A stretch of DNA of 64,000 bases. Source: Mustelus asterias. Its lineage: Eukaryota. The stretch lies in contig NC_135804.1 of the NCBI RefSeq assembly GCF_964213995.1, positions 68,634,001-68,698,000 of the forward strand, written 5' to 3'. The notes beneath the pieces were generated by a model. The model did no database searches. It had not been told where the DNA came from and saw only the letters and a program-made list of their open reading frames with translations. The position numbers and the translations under genes are program-made. The number at the start of each line of letters is the position of its first letter. The first letter of the stretch is position 1. Of the stretch, positions 1 through 13,400 are shown piece after piece.

Positions 1-836
1 GCCCTCCAGTTTTAGGCTCCCCTAACTTTGGGAAAAGATATTGACTATCTAGCTGATCTGTGCCCCTCATTATTTTATAGACCTCTATAAGATCACCCCT
101 CAGCCTCCTATGCTCCAGAGAAAAAAGTCCCAGTCTATCCAGTCTCTCCTTATAATTCAATCCATCAAGTCTTGGTAGCATCCTAGTAAATCTTTTCTGC
201 ACTCTTTCTAGTATAATAATATCCTTTCTATAATAGGGTGACCAGAATTGCACACAGTATTCCAAGTGTGGCCTCACCAATGTCTTGTACAACTTTAACA
301 AGACATTCCAACTCCTGTATTCAATGTTCTGACTGATGAAACCAAGCTTGTCGAATGCCTTCTTCACCATTCTGTCCACCACGTTCAAGGAGCTATGAAC
401 ATGTACCCTTAGATCTCTTTGTTCTGTAACTCTCCCCAACGCCCTACCATTAACTGAGTAAGTCCTGCCCTGGTTTAATCTACCAAAATGCATCACCTCG
501 CATTTGTCTAAATTAAACTCCATCTGCCATTCGTCAGCCCACTGGCCCAATTTATCAAGATCCCGTTGCAATTGGAGATAATTTTCTTCACCTTCCACTA
601 TACCACCCATCTTAGTGTTATCTGCAAATTTACCAACCATGCCTCCTATATTCTCATCCAAATCATTAATATAAATGACAAGTAACAGTGAACCCAGCAC
701 TGATCCCTGAGGCACACCACTGGTCGCAGGCCTCCAGTTTGAAAAACAACTCTCTACAACCACCCTCTGGCTTCTGGCAAGAAGCCAATTTTGTATCCAT
801 TTCGATACCTCACCCTGAATCGCGTGAGATTTAACC
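1..836 (-). mobile_element. CR1-clade LINE fragment (RT C-terminal region)
   Basis: Reverse strand reads CR1 ORF2 motifs (KWIQNW..., [24 protein letters not shown]); homologous to the CR1 at 26.8-28.0 kb. Confidence 0.9.
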
Positions 837-1646
837 ATCATCGGCAAGATGATGCATGCCGTAACCAGATAAAACCAAAATTATATACCGGTGGGAAAGA
901 GAAATAATGAGGAATGTTGTTACGCACATCCAGCAGAATAATGAGATACATCTTGATGGTATTGGATGTAACATTTAACTGATTCGTGCTGAAGTTAAAC
1001 GTAAAACTGCACGAATACCCTAATTGTAAATGGACAATTTGCAGACATCAAGACATCAAGAGGCGTTCCACCCGAGGAATCAAACTTGTTTTCTCTTTCA
1101 GATGCCGATCATACTACAGTTTATTTCTCCTTAATTGAAATGTTTCCCATATGGTTAACACCATTTATTTGACCTTTGTTGATGACATACAGTGTAGTCG
1201 AGGGAGATAACAATTAAACTATACTGCAGAGAAAGGAGGTAGAATGGTCCTTCTTTCGAGTTCTCCAGATAACGATAAAGTGAAAATTTTGTTCCTTCTG
1301 TTAAGACACAGGCCAGAAAGTTCAAGGTGTTTTATAAAGTTAGCCAGTCCCTAAGTTTCACATTTGATTTTGGCATGCATGAGCATAAGCTGTTTCACTC
1401 CAGACATGATTCAAGACTAGGAAGCTTTTATCAAATGAAGTTCATTTCAGAACAAAGTTAAAATATATCAAAAAGATCAGCAGGCCCTAGGGGGCGGGGC
1501 CTGATGTGGCGGGGCCGAGAGGCGATCGGTGGGGGTTGGGGCTCCCGCTGCCACTCTGCACAGACATCCATGTGGGAAGTAGGGAGTACAGTAAGAAGTC
1601 TCACAACACCAGGTTAAAGTCCAACAGGTTTATTTGGTAGCAAATA

Positions 1647-1683
1647 TCATAAGCTTTCGGAGCACTGCTCCTTCGTCAGATGG
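1647..1683 (-). ncRNA. Minimal hammerhead ribozyme, mirror copy in the left arm
   Basis: Reverse complement reads CCAU-CUGACGA-AGGAGCAGUGCUCC-GAAA-GCUU-AUGA. Confidence 0.8.
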
Positions 1684-2081
1684 AGTGGAAATCTGCTCTC
1701 AAACAGTGCAAACAGACAGAATCAAGTTGCAGAATACTGATTAGAATGCGAATCCTACAGCCAGCCAGGTCTTAAATGTACAGACAATGTGGGTGGAGGG
1801 AACATTAAACACAGGTTAAAGATATGTGTATTGTCTCCAGACAGAACAGCTAGTGAAAGTCTGCAAGTCCAGGAGGCAAGCTGTGGGGGCTACTGATAAT
1901 GTGACATAAATCCAACATCCCGGTTTAGGCCATCCTCATGTGTGCGGAACTTGGCTATCAGTTTCTGCTCAGCGACTCTGCGCTGTCGTGTGTTGTGAAG
2001 TAGGTTGTAGGATTTGCATTCTAATCAGTATTCTGCAACTTGATTCTGTCTGTTTGCACTGTTTGAGAGCAGATTTCCACT

Positions 2082-2118
2082 CCATCTGACGAAGGAGCAG
2101 TGCTCCGAAAGCTTATGG
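2082..2118 (+). ncRNA. Minimal type I hammerhead ribozyme (PLE pLTR)
   Basis: CCAU-CUGACGA-A-GGAGC(AGU)GCUCC-GAAA-GC-UU-AUGG: full catalytic core, helix II, palindromic AGCU helix III, helix I CCAU/AUGG. Confidence 0.85.
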
Positions 2119-2224
2119 TATTTGCTACCAAATAAACCTGTTGGACTTTAACCTGGTGTTGTGAGACTTCTTACTGTGTTCACCCCAGTCCAACGCCGGC
2201 ACCTCCACATCAGGAAGTAGGGAG

Positions 2225-4470
2225 GCCAGGACTGGGGACTGTCGGTGGGATGGGGGGAGGGGGGGAGGAGTGGTGGCCTGCCATGGTGATGGTGGGGGGG
2301 CATAAATTTGAGGCCACTGCGCATGCACTGATCTCAATGCTGACAGATCGGCGCATGCGCAGTCGCGCAGCACGTTGATTTCAAGCTCCCCAGCGGAGAT
2401 CGGTCCGCCCCTGAAATTTAATAATACTCATGCTGGTGGCCTCTGCAGTGCACAGAGTGTGACCACCCTTGGAGGTCCCTTTGCCCATCTCCTCCAAGGA
2501 CTCATCTGAGCTGTCTGGACCAGGAGGGCAGGAACTCCAGTACGGGCCTGGAGTCCACAAGGCCCTGGGGCACCCAGATGGTACCCTGCAACACAGGACA
2601 CAAGGTTAAGTGCAGGGGAGGGAGAGGAATTCGGATGCCAAACACGTGATTCACATTTCTCCATTGAACATAGAACAAAGCACCAAGAAAATTATATCAG
2701 AAAAACAGGCCCTTTGGGCCCTCCAAGCCTGTGGCGACCAGGCTGCCCATCTGATTTGTGACCCCTACCCTTCTGGGGACCATATGCCTCTATTCCCATC
2801 CCATTCACATAGCTGTCAAGATGCCCCTTAAAGGTCACTATGCATCCGTAATTTTCTCCAGCAGCAAGACCCAGGCACCCACCACCTCCTCTGTGCAAAT
2901 AAACATGCCTCGCACATCTCCTTTAAGCCTTTCCCCTCGCACCTGAAACTCGTGCCCCCGAGACGTTGCCTCAAAGTGAGTGGAGGAATGACAGGTGCTC
3001 ACATCTTGATGGCAGACCAACCATGCTGTCACTGATAGCCCACATCCCCCCTTCTCTTGAGAGCTCCAGTGCTGCTCCTCAAAGGGGGTGACGACCCAGA
3101 GGTCTGGCTCACCATCCCCTGTCTCCGCCCTCTCACAGGTGTTATGGTCGCTCTCCTACTGTAGAGACAGAAAGAGCCATGGAAGAAATGGTGCCGTGAT
3201 TACTGCAGAGTATCAGGTGGTGGCCTTAGTGGGCAAGTGCAGTGGGGCTCTTGGAGCGGATACGAAGGAGCTGTTTGGGGATCAGGAGCTGAAAGCATGC
3301 AGGATGCTGGGGATAGCAGGATCTGGGGGGGGGGGGGGGGGCGGGAGGCGGTCGTACGCAGACTTTGTGCAGGAATGCCTGCCTGTTTCTCCATTCTTGA
3401 GTCATTGATGTGGCATCTCCACATCAATGACTGGGGACAGGGGAGAGAGAGGCAGGTGTCACACAGCCATCGGAGTCCAGAGGAGATGTGGGCCTTGTGT
3501 GGGAAGGTTCGGGGTGGGAGTGAGGGGGATCACTCTGCCTGATATCTGTACGGTGGAGGGTGGATCTCTCTGACTGAGATCAGTTGGGGGGGGGCGGGGG
3601 GGAAAGCGGGGGAGGGGAGTCGGCTGCCACTCTGCCTGAGATAAGTGGGGGAGAAGAGGGCCCGCTGCCACTCTGCCTGAGATCAGTGGGGGGAAGGGGA
3701 GTTCGCTGCCACTCTACCTGAGATTAGTGGAGGGGAAGGGGGAAGCGCCCATAATCAATCTGTGTGGTGGGGGGATAGGGGGACAATTGATTCCCCATCC
3801 TGGCCCAGCGTGATCTCTGGCACCACCTCCAGCAGTGACAATCCACCCCTGCAGGCAGACCCCCACCCGGCAGATGCCCCAGTCCGCCCTGATCGCTTGC
3901 CTCCCTCCAGCCCTTACCAGATCCCAATACAGAGTGGCAGCAGGGTCTCCCACCCCCATTGCTTGACCCTAGGCCCTGTCCCATTGGCATTGCCCCATGC
4001 CCAGTGCGGCCAGTGCAAAGGTGCCCCCTGGGCATGGGCATTTTGCCCCTTGGATAGTATCAGGGTGCACAGGCTGGCACTGCCAGGATGACCATGCCCA
4101 GAGGCTCCATTCCCCCCCCCCCCCCCCCCCACCCACTGAGAGCTATAGTAATCCCCACTGGAATGAATCACTCTGGTGGAGTGGGCGGTGCGAGCGGGCC
4201 CAGAAAATTCAGCCCCTGGGCCGGCTGATAGTATTTAAATAGTATACAAAATAATACTTAAATGCTAATCTCGCCTCCCAGCTGATTTCCAGGGCTGCGC
4301 AGTCGCCACCGGAAATCCGGGCCTGGGAGATGCAAGCGCGGCGCGAATTTTCGTGGGAATCCTGCAAATTGGCCGACACGCGATTCTCCCTGCCCACTGC
4401 GCTAAAGAATTAATACAGCAGGACTCGAGAATCACCCACTTCGAATTTTTTTTTGGAGAATTGCCCCCAT
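2225..4470. repeat. GC-rich degenerate interspersed repeat region (possibly non-autonomous DNA-transposon derived), includes a short CR1 3'-tail remnant ~2665-2950
   Basis: Abrupt GC-rich, G/C-tract-rich composition and GGAGAATTGCCCC-type end near 4455-4468; family not identifiable by eye. Confidence 0.3.
3530..3730 (+). repeat. Minisatellite-like ~40-bp repeat (GCCACTCTGCCTGAGATCAGTGGGGG)
   Basis: 4-5 imperfect copies separated by G-rich spacers. Confidence 0.6.
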
Positions 4471-5004
4471 GGATCATCAACTGCCTGAAAATTCCCCTCC
4501 AAGCCACAAACGTATGAATATTTACTTATGAATATGTTCCACTGTTTTTCAATTTAATTATACAAGTCATGAAGAAAGAAAATCATCTGTCTATGTATGT
4601 CACCCATGTTAAATTCAGACCTTGCCAGGTAGAGCTTCCCTTAATTTACCTGAAAATGTCTCTCCTTAAATCACTGAACACAAAAGTGACATTCCCATTT
4701 CCTCTACCCACCATTTTGTTGTTTGAGCGTGTTTACCAATTCTATGTACTATCATGGTGTGATCTGACAATTGCTATGAGCTTCGTCCAAGAACATATTG
4801 TGGAGAACGTTTATACGAAGTAGAATGAACACGTGCTCAGGTTAGGCTCTGTTAGATTCAATCTGAATATAACGCCAAATGAACCATGTCTGAATGTCCC
4901 GAGGTGTTAAAATTGTGTCATAAATGTTTGCAGGACTTTACGGCCTCACTCAGGAGAGATCGGAAATTCCCAGGGGCGTTCCGATTCCGTGGAGTGTGGC
5001 TTTG

Positions 5005-5105
5005 GAGCTTTGGAAAAGGGTCATCTGGACTCGAAACGTCAGCTCTTTTCTCTCTATACAGATGCTGCCAGACCTGCTGAGATTTTCCAGCATTTTCTCT
5101 TTTAG
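5005..5105 (+). mobile_element. PLE family B pLTR fragment with degenerate hammerhead
   Basis: GAGCU-UUGGAAA-A-GGGUC(AUCUG)GACUC-GAAA-CG-UC-AGCUC at 5005-5045; downstream sequence matches the arms at 61780-62007. Confidence 0.7.
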
Positions 5106-5660
5106 AGTCTGGCTTAGATTCGTTCCGAAGCAATGAGACAATAAAACACAGAGACAAACAAATAAGCAAGGATTAGAAAAGGGAAAATATCCCGTTTAAT
5201 CAACTACATTCACTTAGTTGGAAGGAATGATGGAAAGTGTATAAAAGATCAATGGATTGAATGCAGTACGCGTGCAGTTTTCGAACGTTTGCGAAAACTC
5301 TTCAAATAGTGCCATGGCGGTTTCATCTGCCTGAGATGAAAGGAAGCGTCTTGTTTTAACGTTTACCTTAAAAAAACGACACCTCTGACACTGAAGCACT
5401 GAGAGGTTAGACTGGTTCAAGGGTTGAAGGCTCTGGAATGGGAAATACGCTGCCATTTTCTGCACTCGGGGTGAGAGTGATTAATCCTGGAAATCGTGAT
5501 ATATAATGGTTCGAACAGCAGCACAGGAGAGGAAGGTTATACATAGACGAAACAATATAATAGCGTTATTTATAGAAGAACAATGACAGAAAATGAGTAT
5601 TGATTTTTAACAGAATCTTGAATAGACTAGAGTGTCTTACGATGATCTGGTGACCATATT

Positions 5661-5979
5661 ACACAGTAAGAAATCTCACAACACCAGGTTAAAGTCCAAC
5701 AGGTTTATTTGGTAGCGCAAGCCACTAGCTTTCGGAGCACTGCCCCTTCATCAGGTGAGTGAGAGTTCTGTTCACAAACAGGGCATATAAAGACACAAGC
5801 TCAATTTACAAAGCAATGGTTGGCCCTCTTTGTGAACAGAACTCCCACCCACCTGATGAAAGGGCAGCGCTCCGAAAGCTAGTGGCTTTTGTTACCAAAT
5901 AAACCTGTTGGACTTTAACCTGGCGCTATGAGACTTCGTACTGTGCTTACCCTAATCTAACGCCGGCATCTCCACATCA
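5661..5979. mobile_element. PLE family A inverted-pLTR insertion
   Basis: Inverted arms homologous to 1587-2212; 10-bp TSD TGACCATATT at 5651-5660 and 5980-5989. Confidence 0.85.
5849..5885 (+). ncRNA. Minimal hammerhead ribozyme
   Basis: CCAC-CUGAUGA-AAGGGCAGCGCUCC-GAAA-GC-UA-GUGG; a mirror copy lies on the minus strand at 5722-5757. Confidence 0.78.
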
Positions 5980-6794
5980 TGACCATATTGCAAACAGTGT
6001 AGCAAACCAATGAAGAAACATGCAGCAAAGGTTCACATGGATATTGTCAGAATTGAGAACATGCGTAAGGCAGGAAATATTGTGCCCACTGCAGGGACTT
6101 AGTGCTGCAAAACTGTAGATCAAGAAGAGGCACGATGGCAGTGTTTGAAAAGATGTAGGGCCTGAAAGGACGAGTATGTAAAAATCGAGTGTGGACGAGT
6201 CCAGCAATGGCGACGTTACTCTAAAGCAGCCATTACTGAATAAATTAAATCAATAATTATACGACAGCCATTAACACATCACCGATTTAGAAGGTTCGTC
6301 GGACAAAAGGTGCTGAAAATGCGAATTTCTGCGTCTGGATTGCCCGAAGAAGAGAGCAGTAATCTATTGAAATGAATGTCTTATGCATTCTTGAGGGACT
6401 ATATTTGGAGATGGCAGAGGACAGGGATATAAAATTCGAGTGACAAAGGAATCACGTGGTTCACAAACAGGGAATGGTAATGATTCAGAATACGCCGCAT
6501 GCTAGGGTGGCGATCAATGATTTCAAAAGGAAATTGAATGCCACCTTGAGAGAAATAACCATGTAGGTACAGGAAGCAGGGAGGAGCAATGATATAATTG
6601 AACAGATTAGCATTAAGAGCGAGGAGGTGTTGGCGGTTTGAGTGGCTTAAAAGTGGAAAAAGTAACCAGAAGACAGGTATCCTCGACTGCTGTTTGAGGT
6701 AAGTGTCACGGGCAGGATGGGGCGGGGTGGGGGGGGGGCGGGGTGGGTCAATTTAAACTAACTCTCTACTCGTCCGTAAACAGAAAGGTGTTTC

Positions 6795-6918
6795 CTTCAA
6801 CACTATTCTGCACTCTCTCGTTTCCTTCTTTATGAACGGTATGCTTTGTCTGTATAGCGCGCAAGAAACAATACTTTTCACTGTATGTTAAAACATGTGA
6901 CAATAAATCAAATCAAAT
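6795..6918 (+). mobile_element. 3' tail of Rex-Babar-like LINE
   Basis: Reverse-complement match to 45458-45585; ends AATAAA(TCAAA)n. Confidence 0.65.
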
Positions 6919-7106
6919 TTATTATGCTTTCACCCTTTCCAATTAGTGTGTATATGTCATAATCTTAAATTTTGAAATGTTCCAATCCTCCATTAATAAT
7001 TGCACAGCAAATTCGAGGTAAGGTGAAAGGGTGCAGAAGAGATTCACCAGGATATTGCCTGGGCTGGAGTGCTTTAGCTATGAAGAAAGGCTGGCTGGGC
7101 TGTGAT

Positions 7107-8390
7107 AAAAGCAAACTACTGTTGATGCTGGAATCAGACCTGCTGGAAAATCTTAGCAGTTCTGACAGCAATGTCGAGAGAGAATAGAGCCAACGTCTTG
7201 AGTATAAATGACCCTTCGTCAGACCCAAAGACTAAGAAAATACAACGAGATTCATATTGTGGGGGTGGGGCGGGGTTGGTGGTGGGTGGGGGATGTGATT
7301 GATAGGAATGGCAAAGGGAATGTAAATGCCGATGATGAGGGCTATGAATGAGGTTAACAGCGTCCATTAAGATATCGCAATGTGTTGACAGCAGAACAAA
7401 AGTACAGAGTGTAGAAATGTAGTTGATGGGCCGAGTCGGGTGCGGTGGGGAGGGGGGTAAAACAAAATGGAAAGCAAGATATTAGAAGTGCAAAAATAAA
7501 TATATAAAGCAATAAAAATGGATTTATAAAATGAGGAGAAATAAAATAAATGGAAATGGGGTGAAGCCATAGGAGAGATTCATGCTGTGAAGTCCAAAGA
7601 TGTGCGGGTTAGGTTGATTGGCCAGGTTAAAAATTGCCCCTTAGAGTCCTGAGATGCGTAGGTTAGAGGGATTAGCAGGTAAATATGTGGGGGTAGGGCC
7701 TGGGTGGGATTGTGGTCGGTGCACACTCGATGGGCCGAATGGACTCCTTCTGCACTGTAGGGTTTCTATGAAGTTGCTGAACTCAATGTTCAGTCCAGAA
7801 GGCTGTAAAGTACCCATTCGGAAGATGCAGTGCTGTTCCTCCCGTTTGCATTGGGCTTCACTGGAATATTGCAAAATGCCAATGATTAACATGCAGATAG
7901 GAGAGCAGGGTGATGTGTTCAAATGGCAGGTGACAGGAAGGTCTGGGTGCTGCTTGCAGATGGACTGAAGGTGTTCTGCAAAGCGGCCACCCAGTCTGTG
8001 TTTGCAATCTCCAATGTAAAACAGACTGCATTGGGAGTAGTGAATGCAAAAGACCAGATTAAAGGAGGTGCAGGGGAAGTGCTGCTTCACCTGAAAAGAA
8101 TACTTGCGCCTTAGAATGGGAAGAGGTGATGGGGCACCTGCTATAATTGCATAGGAAGGTGTTGTTTGCAATGGGTGTAGTATTGGGCATGATGGAGTAG
8201 TGGACAGCTCAGAAGGAGACAGGTTAGCGTGGGTGAAAGGGACAGAAAAACTGAGATGGCTAATGCCACGGAGACAATTATTGATGAAAAAATCAAGACG
8301 AGGTAAGAGGCTGAAGGGAGGGGTCCAGGTGAATGGAGAATGCTGGAGGCATGTGAAAGGATTTGCTGAATTGGTGAGGACTCCTGCCCA
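7107..8390 (-). mobile_element. PLE family B, 3' part with GIY-YIG endonuclease and terminal pLTR
   Basis: ORF 7641-8414 core FPCTSFNLVFCIHYSQCSLFYIGDCKHRLGGRFAEHL...EQHCIFRMGTLQPSGLNIEFSNF is a PLE-type GIY-YIG with Cys/His motif. pLTR at 7107-7225 has a decayed hammerhead (CUGACGA-AGGGUC...). Confidence 0.85.
7590..7770 (+). mobile_element. HE1-type SINE, 3' half, nested in the PLE
   Basis: Near-identical to the 3' half of the full copies at 38348-38687 and 61391-61691. Confidence 0.85.
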
Positions 8391-8400
8391 AAAAAATGAT

Positions 8401-8572
8401 GTAAGAAGTCTCACAACACCAGGTTAAAGTCCAACAGGTTTATTCGGTAGCAAAAGCCACTAGCAATCGGAGCGCTGCCTATTCGTCAGGTGAGTGGGAG
8501 TTCTATTCACAAACAGGGCATATAAAGACACAAACTCAATTTACAAAATAATGGTTGGAATCTCGCATTCCA
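8401..8572 (-). mobile_element. PLE family A pLTR fragment, decayed hammerhead (GAAA->GAUU)
   Basis: GTAAGAAGTCTCACAACACCAGGTTAAAGTCCAACAGG start; matches the left arm of 5661-5979. Confidence 0.8.
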
Positions 8573-8577
8573 ATACT

Positions 8578-8878
8578 TTGCAGAAGGAGGCCATTTGGCC
8601 CATCGAGTCTGCACTGACCACAATCCCAATCAGGTCCTATCCCCATAACTCCCTCCATTTACCCTAGCTAGTCCCCCTGACGCTAAGGGGCAATTTGGCA
8701 TGGCCACCTAACCTGCACATCTTTGGACTGTGGGAGGGAAACGGAGCACCCAGAGAAAACGCACGCAGACATGGGAAGAATGTGCAAACTCCACACAGAC
8801 AGTGACCTAAGCCAGGAATCGAACCCAGGCCGATGGTGTGGTGAGGCAACAGTGCTAACCACTGTGCCTCTGTGCTGC
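8578..8878 (-). mobile_element. HE1-type SINE
   Basis: tRNA-like head with A/B boxes (TGGTTAGCAC / GGTTCGATTCC) and conserved TGTGTGGAGTTTGCACATTCT core on the minus strand. Confidence 0.88.
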
Positions 8879-8879
8879 C

Positions 8880-10025
8880 CAGGTGAGGTGAGAATGGCAG
8901 CCCTTGACATCAAGGCTGCATTCGACCAAGTGTGGCCTTAAGGAGCCCTAGGCAAACTGGAATCAATGAGAATCAGAGGGCAAACACTCCGCTGGTTGGA
9001 ATCATATCTGGTACATAGGGATATGTTTGTGGTTGTGGAAGGTCAGTCACCTCAGCTCCATGATATCTATGCAGGAGTCACTCAGGGACGAAGCCCAACA
9101 ATCTTCAGCTGCTTCAACAACATCGGTCATAATGTCAGATCTGGGGATGTTCATCGATGATTGCACAATGTTCAGCACCATTCACAACTCCTCAGATACT
9201 AAAGTAGTCCATGTTCAAATACAACAAGAGCTGGACAATATCCAAGCTTGGGCTAACAAGTGGTAGGTAATATTCACGCCACGCAAATGCCAGGCAATCA
9301 CCATCACCAACAAGAGACAGTCTAACCACTATCCTTTGACATTCAATTTTGGTACCATCACCGAATCCCGCACTGTCAACATCCTCGGGGTTAACTTTGA
9401 CCAGAAACTCAACTGGACTCTCCACATAAACACAGTAGCTATAAGAGCAGGTCAGAGGCTAGGAATACTGTAGCTAGTAACTCACCCCCTGACTCGCCAA
9501 AGCCGATCCACCATCTACAAGGCACAAGTCAGAGGTGTGATGGAATACTCCCCACTTGCCTGGATGGGTGCAGCTCCAACAACACTCAAGAAGCTTGACA
9601 CCATTCAGGACAAAGCAGCCCACTTGATTGGCACCACATCTACAAACATTCAATCCCTTCACCACTGATGCTCAGTCACAGCAGTCCGTACTATCTACAA
9701 GATGCATTGCAGCAATTCACCAAAGGTCCTTAAACAGCACCTTCCAAACCCACGACGTCTCCCATCTAGAAGGACAAGGGCAGCAGGAACATCTAAACAC
9801 CATCACCTGCAAGCTCCCCTCCAAGTCACTCACCGACCTGACTCGGAAAAATATCATCATTCCTTCGCAGTCGCTGTGTCAAAATCCTGGAATTCCCTCC
9901 CTAACGACATTGTGGGTCAACCCACAGCACGTGGACTGCAGTGATTCAAGAAGGCAGCTTACCACCACCTTCTCAAGGGCAACTAGGGATGGGCAATAAA
10001 TGCTGGCCAGCCAGCGACTCCCATG
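8880..10025 (+). mobile_element. Non-LTR retrotransposon (CR1/L2-group) RT fragment with 3' tail
   Basis: GEVRMAALDIKAAFDQVW, LRWLESYL, MFIDDCT, LDNIQAWANKW motifs; tail GGGCAATAAATGCTGGCC...(GAAT)n. Confidence 0.85.
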
Positions 10026-10074
10026 TCCCACGAATGAATAATAAAATGATGTATTTCGTGACCTTCTGACGGCC

Positions 10075-10445
10075 AAAAGCCAAAGCGTTTTACAAACAAT
10101 TAAGTATTTTGTACTCTCGTAATGAAGGATTAGCTACAGCCATTTCCCTGTGATCATGACCGAGAATTGCTTAATGCATGATGTTTATTGGAGAGTCAGT
10201 ATAGGTCAGAACACCGGTGATATCTCCCCTGCTCTTCTTGCAAACAATGTTAGAAGATCTTGATATTCACTGGACACGGCTAAAAAGAATTCCAATTGAC
10301 GTCTCCTTTAAAATAGGGCACCTTCGGACAATGCGGGCTCGGTACTGGAGCGTCAGCCGAAATTTCTGTGCTCAAATCCCAGAGTGAGGCTGGAGTTCAG
10401 AACCTTCCAGCTCGAAGGTTCTGAACTCCGTGCTACTCACTGAGA
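10075..10445 (-). mobile_element. Decayed Deu-domain SINE (SacSINE1/AmnSINE1-like)
   Basis: Minus strand has AAGAAGAGCAGGGGAGATATCACCGGTGTTCTG, homologous to 31930-32345. Confidence 0.6.
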
Positions 10446-13400
10446 CAACACTGACAACCACTTCTAACAGAAGTTCTACAGAGAATACCAAACGAAGGCA
10501 AAGGTTATATCTGGGCCTTATATTTACATCGAGAGTATAACATGAGCTTATGAACGTGATGATATGTTGGGATAGACGTTTGAAGGAGAAGGGACCCGAG
10601 GAGGGAGATGAGGTATGCAATGGCATATGAAGGGTGGTGGCAGAATATCAGGGAACTAGAGGTAAACAACTCAAAGCTGCTGCCACTTTAGGCACTTACA
10701 TGTACAGAGAGGAAATTCTACTCACACAAACATTCCAGAGGAAATTCGGGTCGCAACTGATGTAATGGGCAGACCACATAGGCGTCTTTGTCTTTGGGAC
10801 ATTAGTGACCCACTCAACAATGATTATCACTTTTTCAGTCATATATAAACAAAAAAAAAGAACATAATAGTTAATTCAGAAATGGTAAACTTAACAAAGA
10901 GACGGGGGAAGGACTTGATGCGTGCGCAAACCCCATAAATTCATTGCAAAAATGGAAAAACGAACTAATTATTTATACTACAGTTTGTATGTCCTCAAGT
11001 TTGTTCAAAAGATTCGGAAAAATTTAACGTGATTACAGTCATTGCAGTCACGTCGGTAATGAAAGTGCGACAAAGGGAGGGTTAATGTAAATGAATGTGG
11101 CTTCTTATGGAAAATGTGGAAATAGATTTATACTGCTAACACGGAGGTGAAATGTTATTACCCCGCCGGAAACTTGAGAGGGACATGAGTGAAATGCCGG
11201 CTGTTATCTGATTTGACTTTGATGGCTCAACCGCCAGTGCTATTAAACCGGTTTTAGTCGATCAACCATTCGGAACGTACGGTATTTGATGGTAATTGGG
11301 CCATTATCGGTAGCTTGCATTTCGTACAGGGGTCGTAGAATTTATTTGTATTGCACGTGCGTGGAAGTGGCAATTACAATCGGAAGAAATATGCAATTGC
11401 CTCATTTTTGGACATTGATAGGCGTCCTTTTGGAGCCTTCTCACTTTGGTATTTTGATGAAGCACCGCAGAGCTCAAAGAAAGCTTCCACCAATGAAGAC
11501 AATGCGAAGATGAAGCCGGCATGAAATCCGTTTGTGTTCCTCTGCAGTCGGGTGCCTTGACAGCCTTTTTGCCCAGGTCATGGAATGCACTCACATGCAA
11601 CAACTTGGACTCCTTCATCCAAGGAGCACCGCCTATAACATAGCCGTATGCTTGCTATGAATAAATCGTATTGTGAAATAAGGACTGTATGAAAGGAGAA
11701 ATCGTAAATATACACTGGTTTGGCAGACAGATTGGAATATATGTTGAGAAAATGAGATGAGAAACTCATCTTAACAATAGATTTTATATCAATATTAAAT
11801 GAAAATGTATCTTTGATGGAAGCAAAACACGTAGTTTACTAAGTAGTCTGAACCTGAAGAATAAGAAAGTCGAATATTGAAGTGCAATATAGGAAACAAC
11901 AAAATGATTGCATTAATGATTCTGGTTGGCTTGGAGACATTTTAACTCACTGAAAACATAGCCACTCACACAAAGGTGCAACCGGGACTAACATTTTGAT
12001 AAAAGTTGATATTGTGTTGGGAAAGTATGAGTATCCAATCGTTGATTGCTGAAATTTGTCCAATCGTGTCACCTCGTCGCGCAGTGCTTATTACGTACAA
12101 GGATCACAATCACCGTCGAGTTGACCTTCGAAGCACGTCACGTGAATTTTGCTAAGGGGTTTTGAACAAGTATTTTAAGAGAAAGAAACAGCGATCTTTA
12201 AAATAAGTGCACATTATCTGTATCTAATGAGTTGCAATTCTGTTAATTTAATGAAAAGATAATGTGTGGGTGTGCTAAGTCTGAATCAATATAAAATTTA
12301 ACATTGGCAATCAACACGGGGCACAATGGCCTAGGCAAGGTGCTCTTTCGGAGAGTCGGTGCTGACTCGATGAGCATCCTGCACTGTACGGATCCCGTGG
12401 ATTCGATGTCATATATACGGCGGATTCCGAGATTGACCATCTTCGATTTGAGCTTATTCAGGAGATCATATTGAAGGATACAACAGGTATTACTAATAAA
12501 AGAAATATCGGACAAATATCTTAGGAGACACGACGGGTCCTCCTGAAAGTCAGACGCTTGGTCGGGAAATTCAACCATTTGAGCGAATTAGTCCAGCTCC
12601 TCGACACAGATTTCTGAGTAAACTCAAAAGGAAATCAATAAAAAAAACAGTAAAACGGGAATTGTTTGATGTTTCGAAAGCAGTCACTAATAAAAACCGA
12701 ATAAAATAACGTGTGAAATTAGGGAATAACTGAAAGTAACAAGGTCGAATGGATGATCTGTTAAAGCTACTGAAGGTTAGCAGAGGTAAACTATGAGTAT
12801 GATGAAAACTGGAGATATTTGAAGCTAAAACATTCCGGTTAAAGGAGAAAAAAATGTTCAGGAGAACAATGATGAGTTGAAATTTACACAACAGACCGTT
12901 CTGCGCAAATGCGAAGAAAGATCAGACATGTATTCTGAATGCAATAACAGAGCTCGAAATAAATAATGCCCCCCATGGTGGCATTATTCCGTAACAGGAG
13001 GGGCGAACAAGAGTAATAAGCAGGGGGTTTTTCACATTTGAACGGAAGTAGATTAAATGGTAAGCAACAGAGATTGATAGCCGGACTGAGAGAAAAATAT
13101 AGCATTTGACAGAAAAATAAAGGGAAATCTCACTTTTATATTGCTACGTGCTATATGATTTCTGTTATTTTGTAGTGTGTTGTCTCCGTAAATCTGTGTA
13201 ATAACATTCTGCTGGAGCATTGGCTGGCTGCAACTCTTTTTATTCTGAAGCGTAGATCATTTGACTACTCCACCCCGGGCCTTGTCCTCCCGGCGCGCTC
13301 TGCTTCTGGACCTGACTTTCACAGATCATGCCACTCATAGCCACTCTCTCGCACTCTCTGAGGAGGATGCAGTGAGTGCATTTCGTGAATTTACATCTCA

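Larger units (their letters stand above)
1587..2212. mobile_element. Penelope-like element, family A, truncated with inverted pLTR arms
   Basis: Arms ~1588-1760 and ~2006-2177 are inverted repeats. 12-bp TSD GGAAGTAGGGAG at 1575-1586 and 2213-2224. Minus strand 2000->1890 encodes LHNTRQRRVAEQKLIAKFRTHEDGLNRDVGFMSHYQ*, typical of a PLE GIY-YIG C-terminus. Confidence 0.88.

Noticed and set aside
3325-4135. Poly-G/poly-C tracts as functional G-quadruplexes
   Set aside because: They lie within a GC-rich repeat, homopolymer lengths are error-prone, and there is no independent evidence
7641-8414. 257-aa ORF as a host nuclease gene
   Set aside because: Decayed PLE GIY-YIG whose frame runs into an HE1 SINE at one end and a pLTR at the other
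11400-11700. Possible Harbinger transposase remnant (AQVMECTHMQ)
   Set aside because: Only one weak motif; cannot be supported without a profile search
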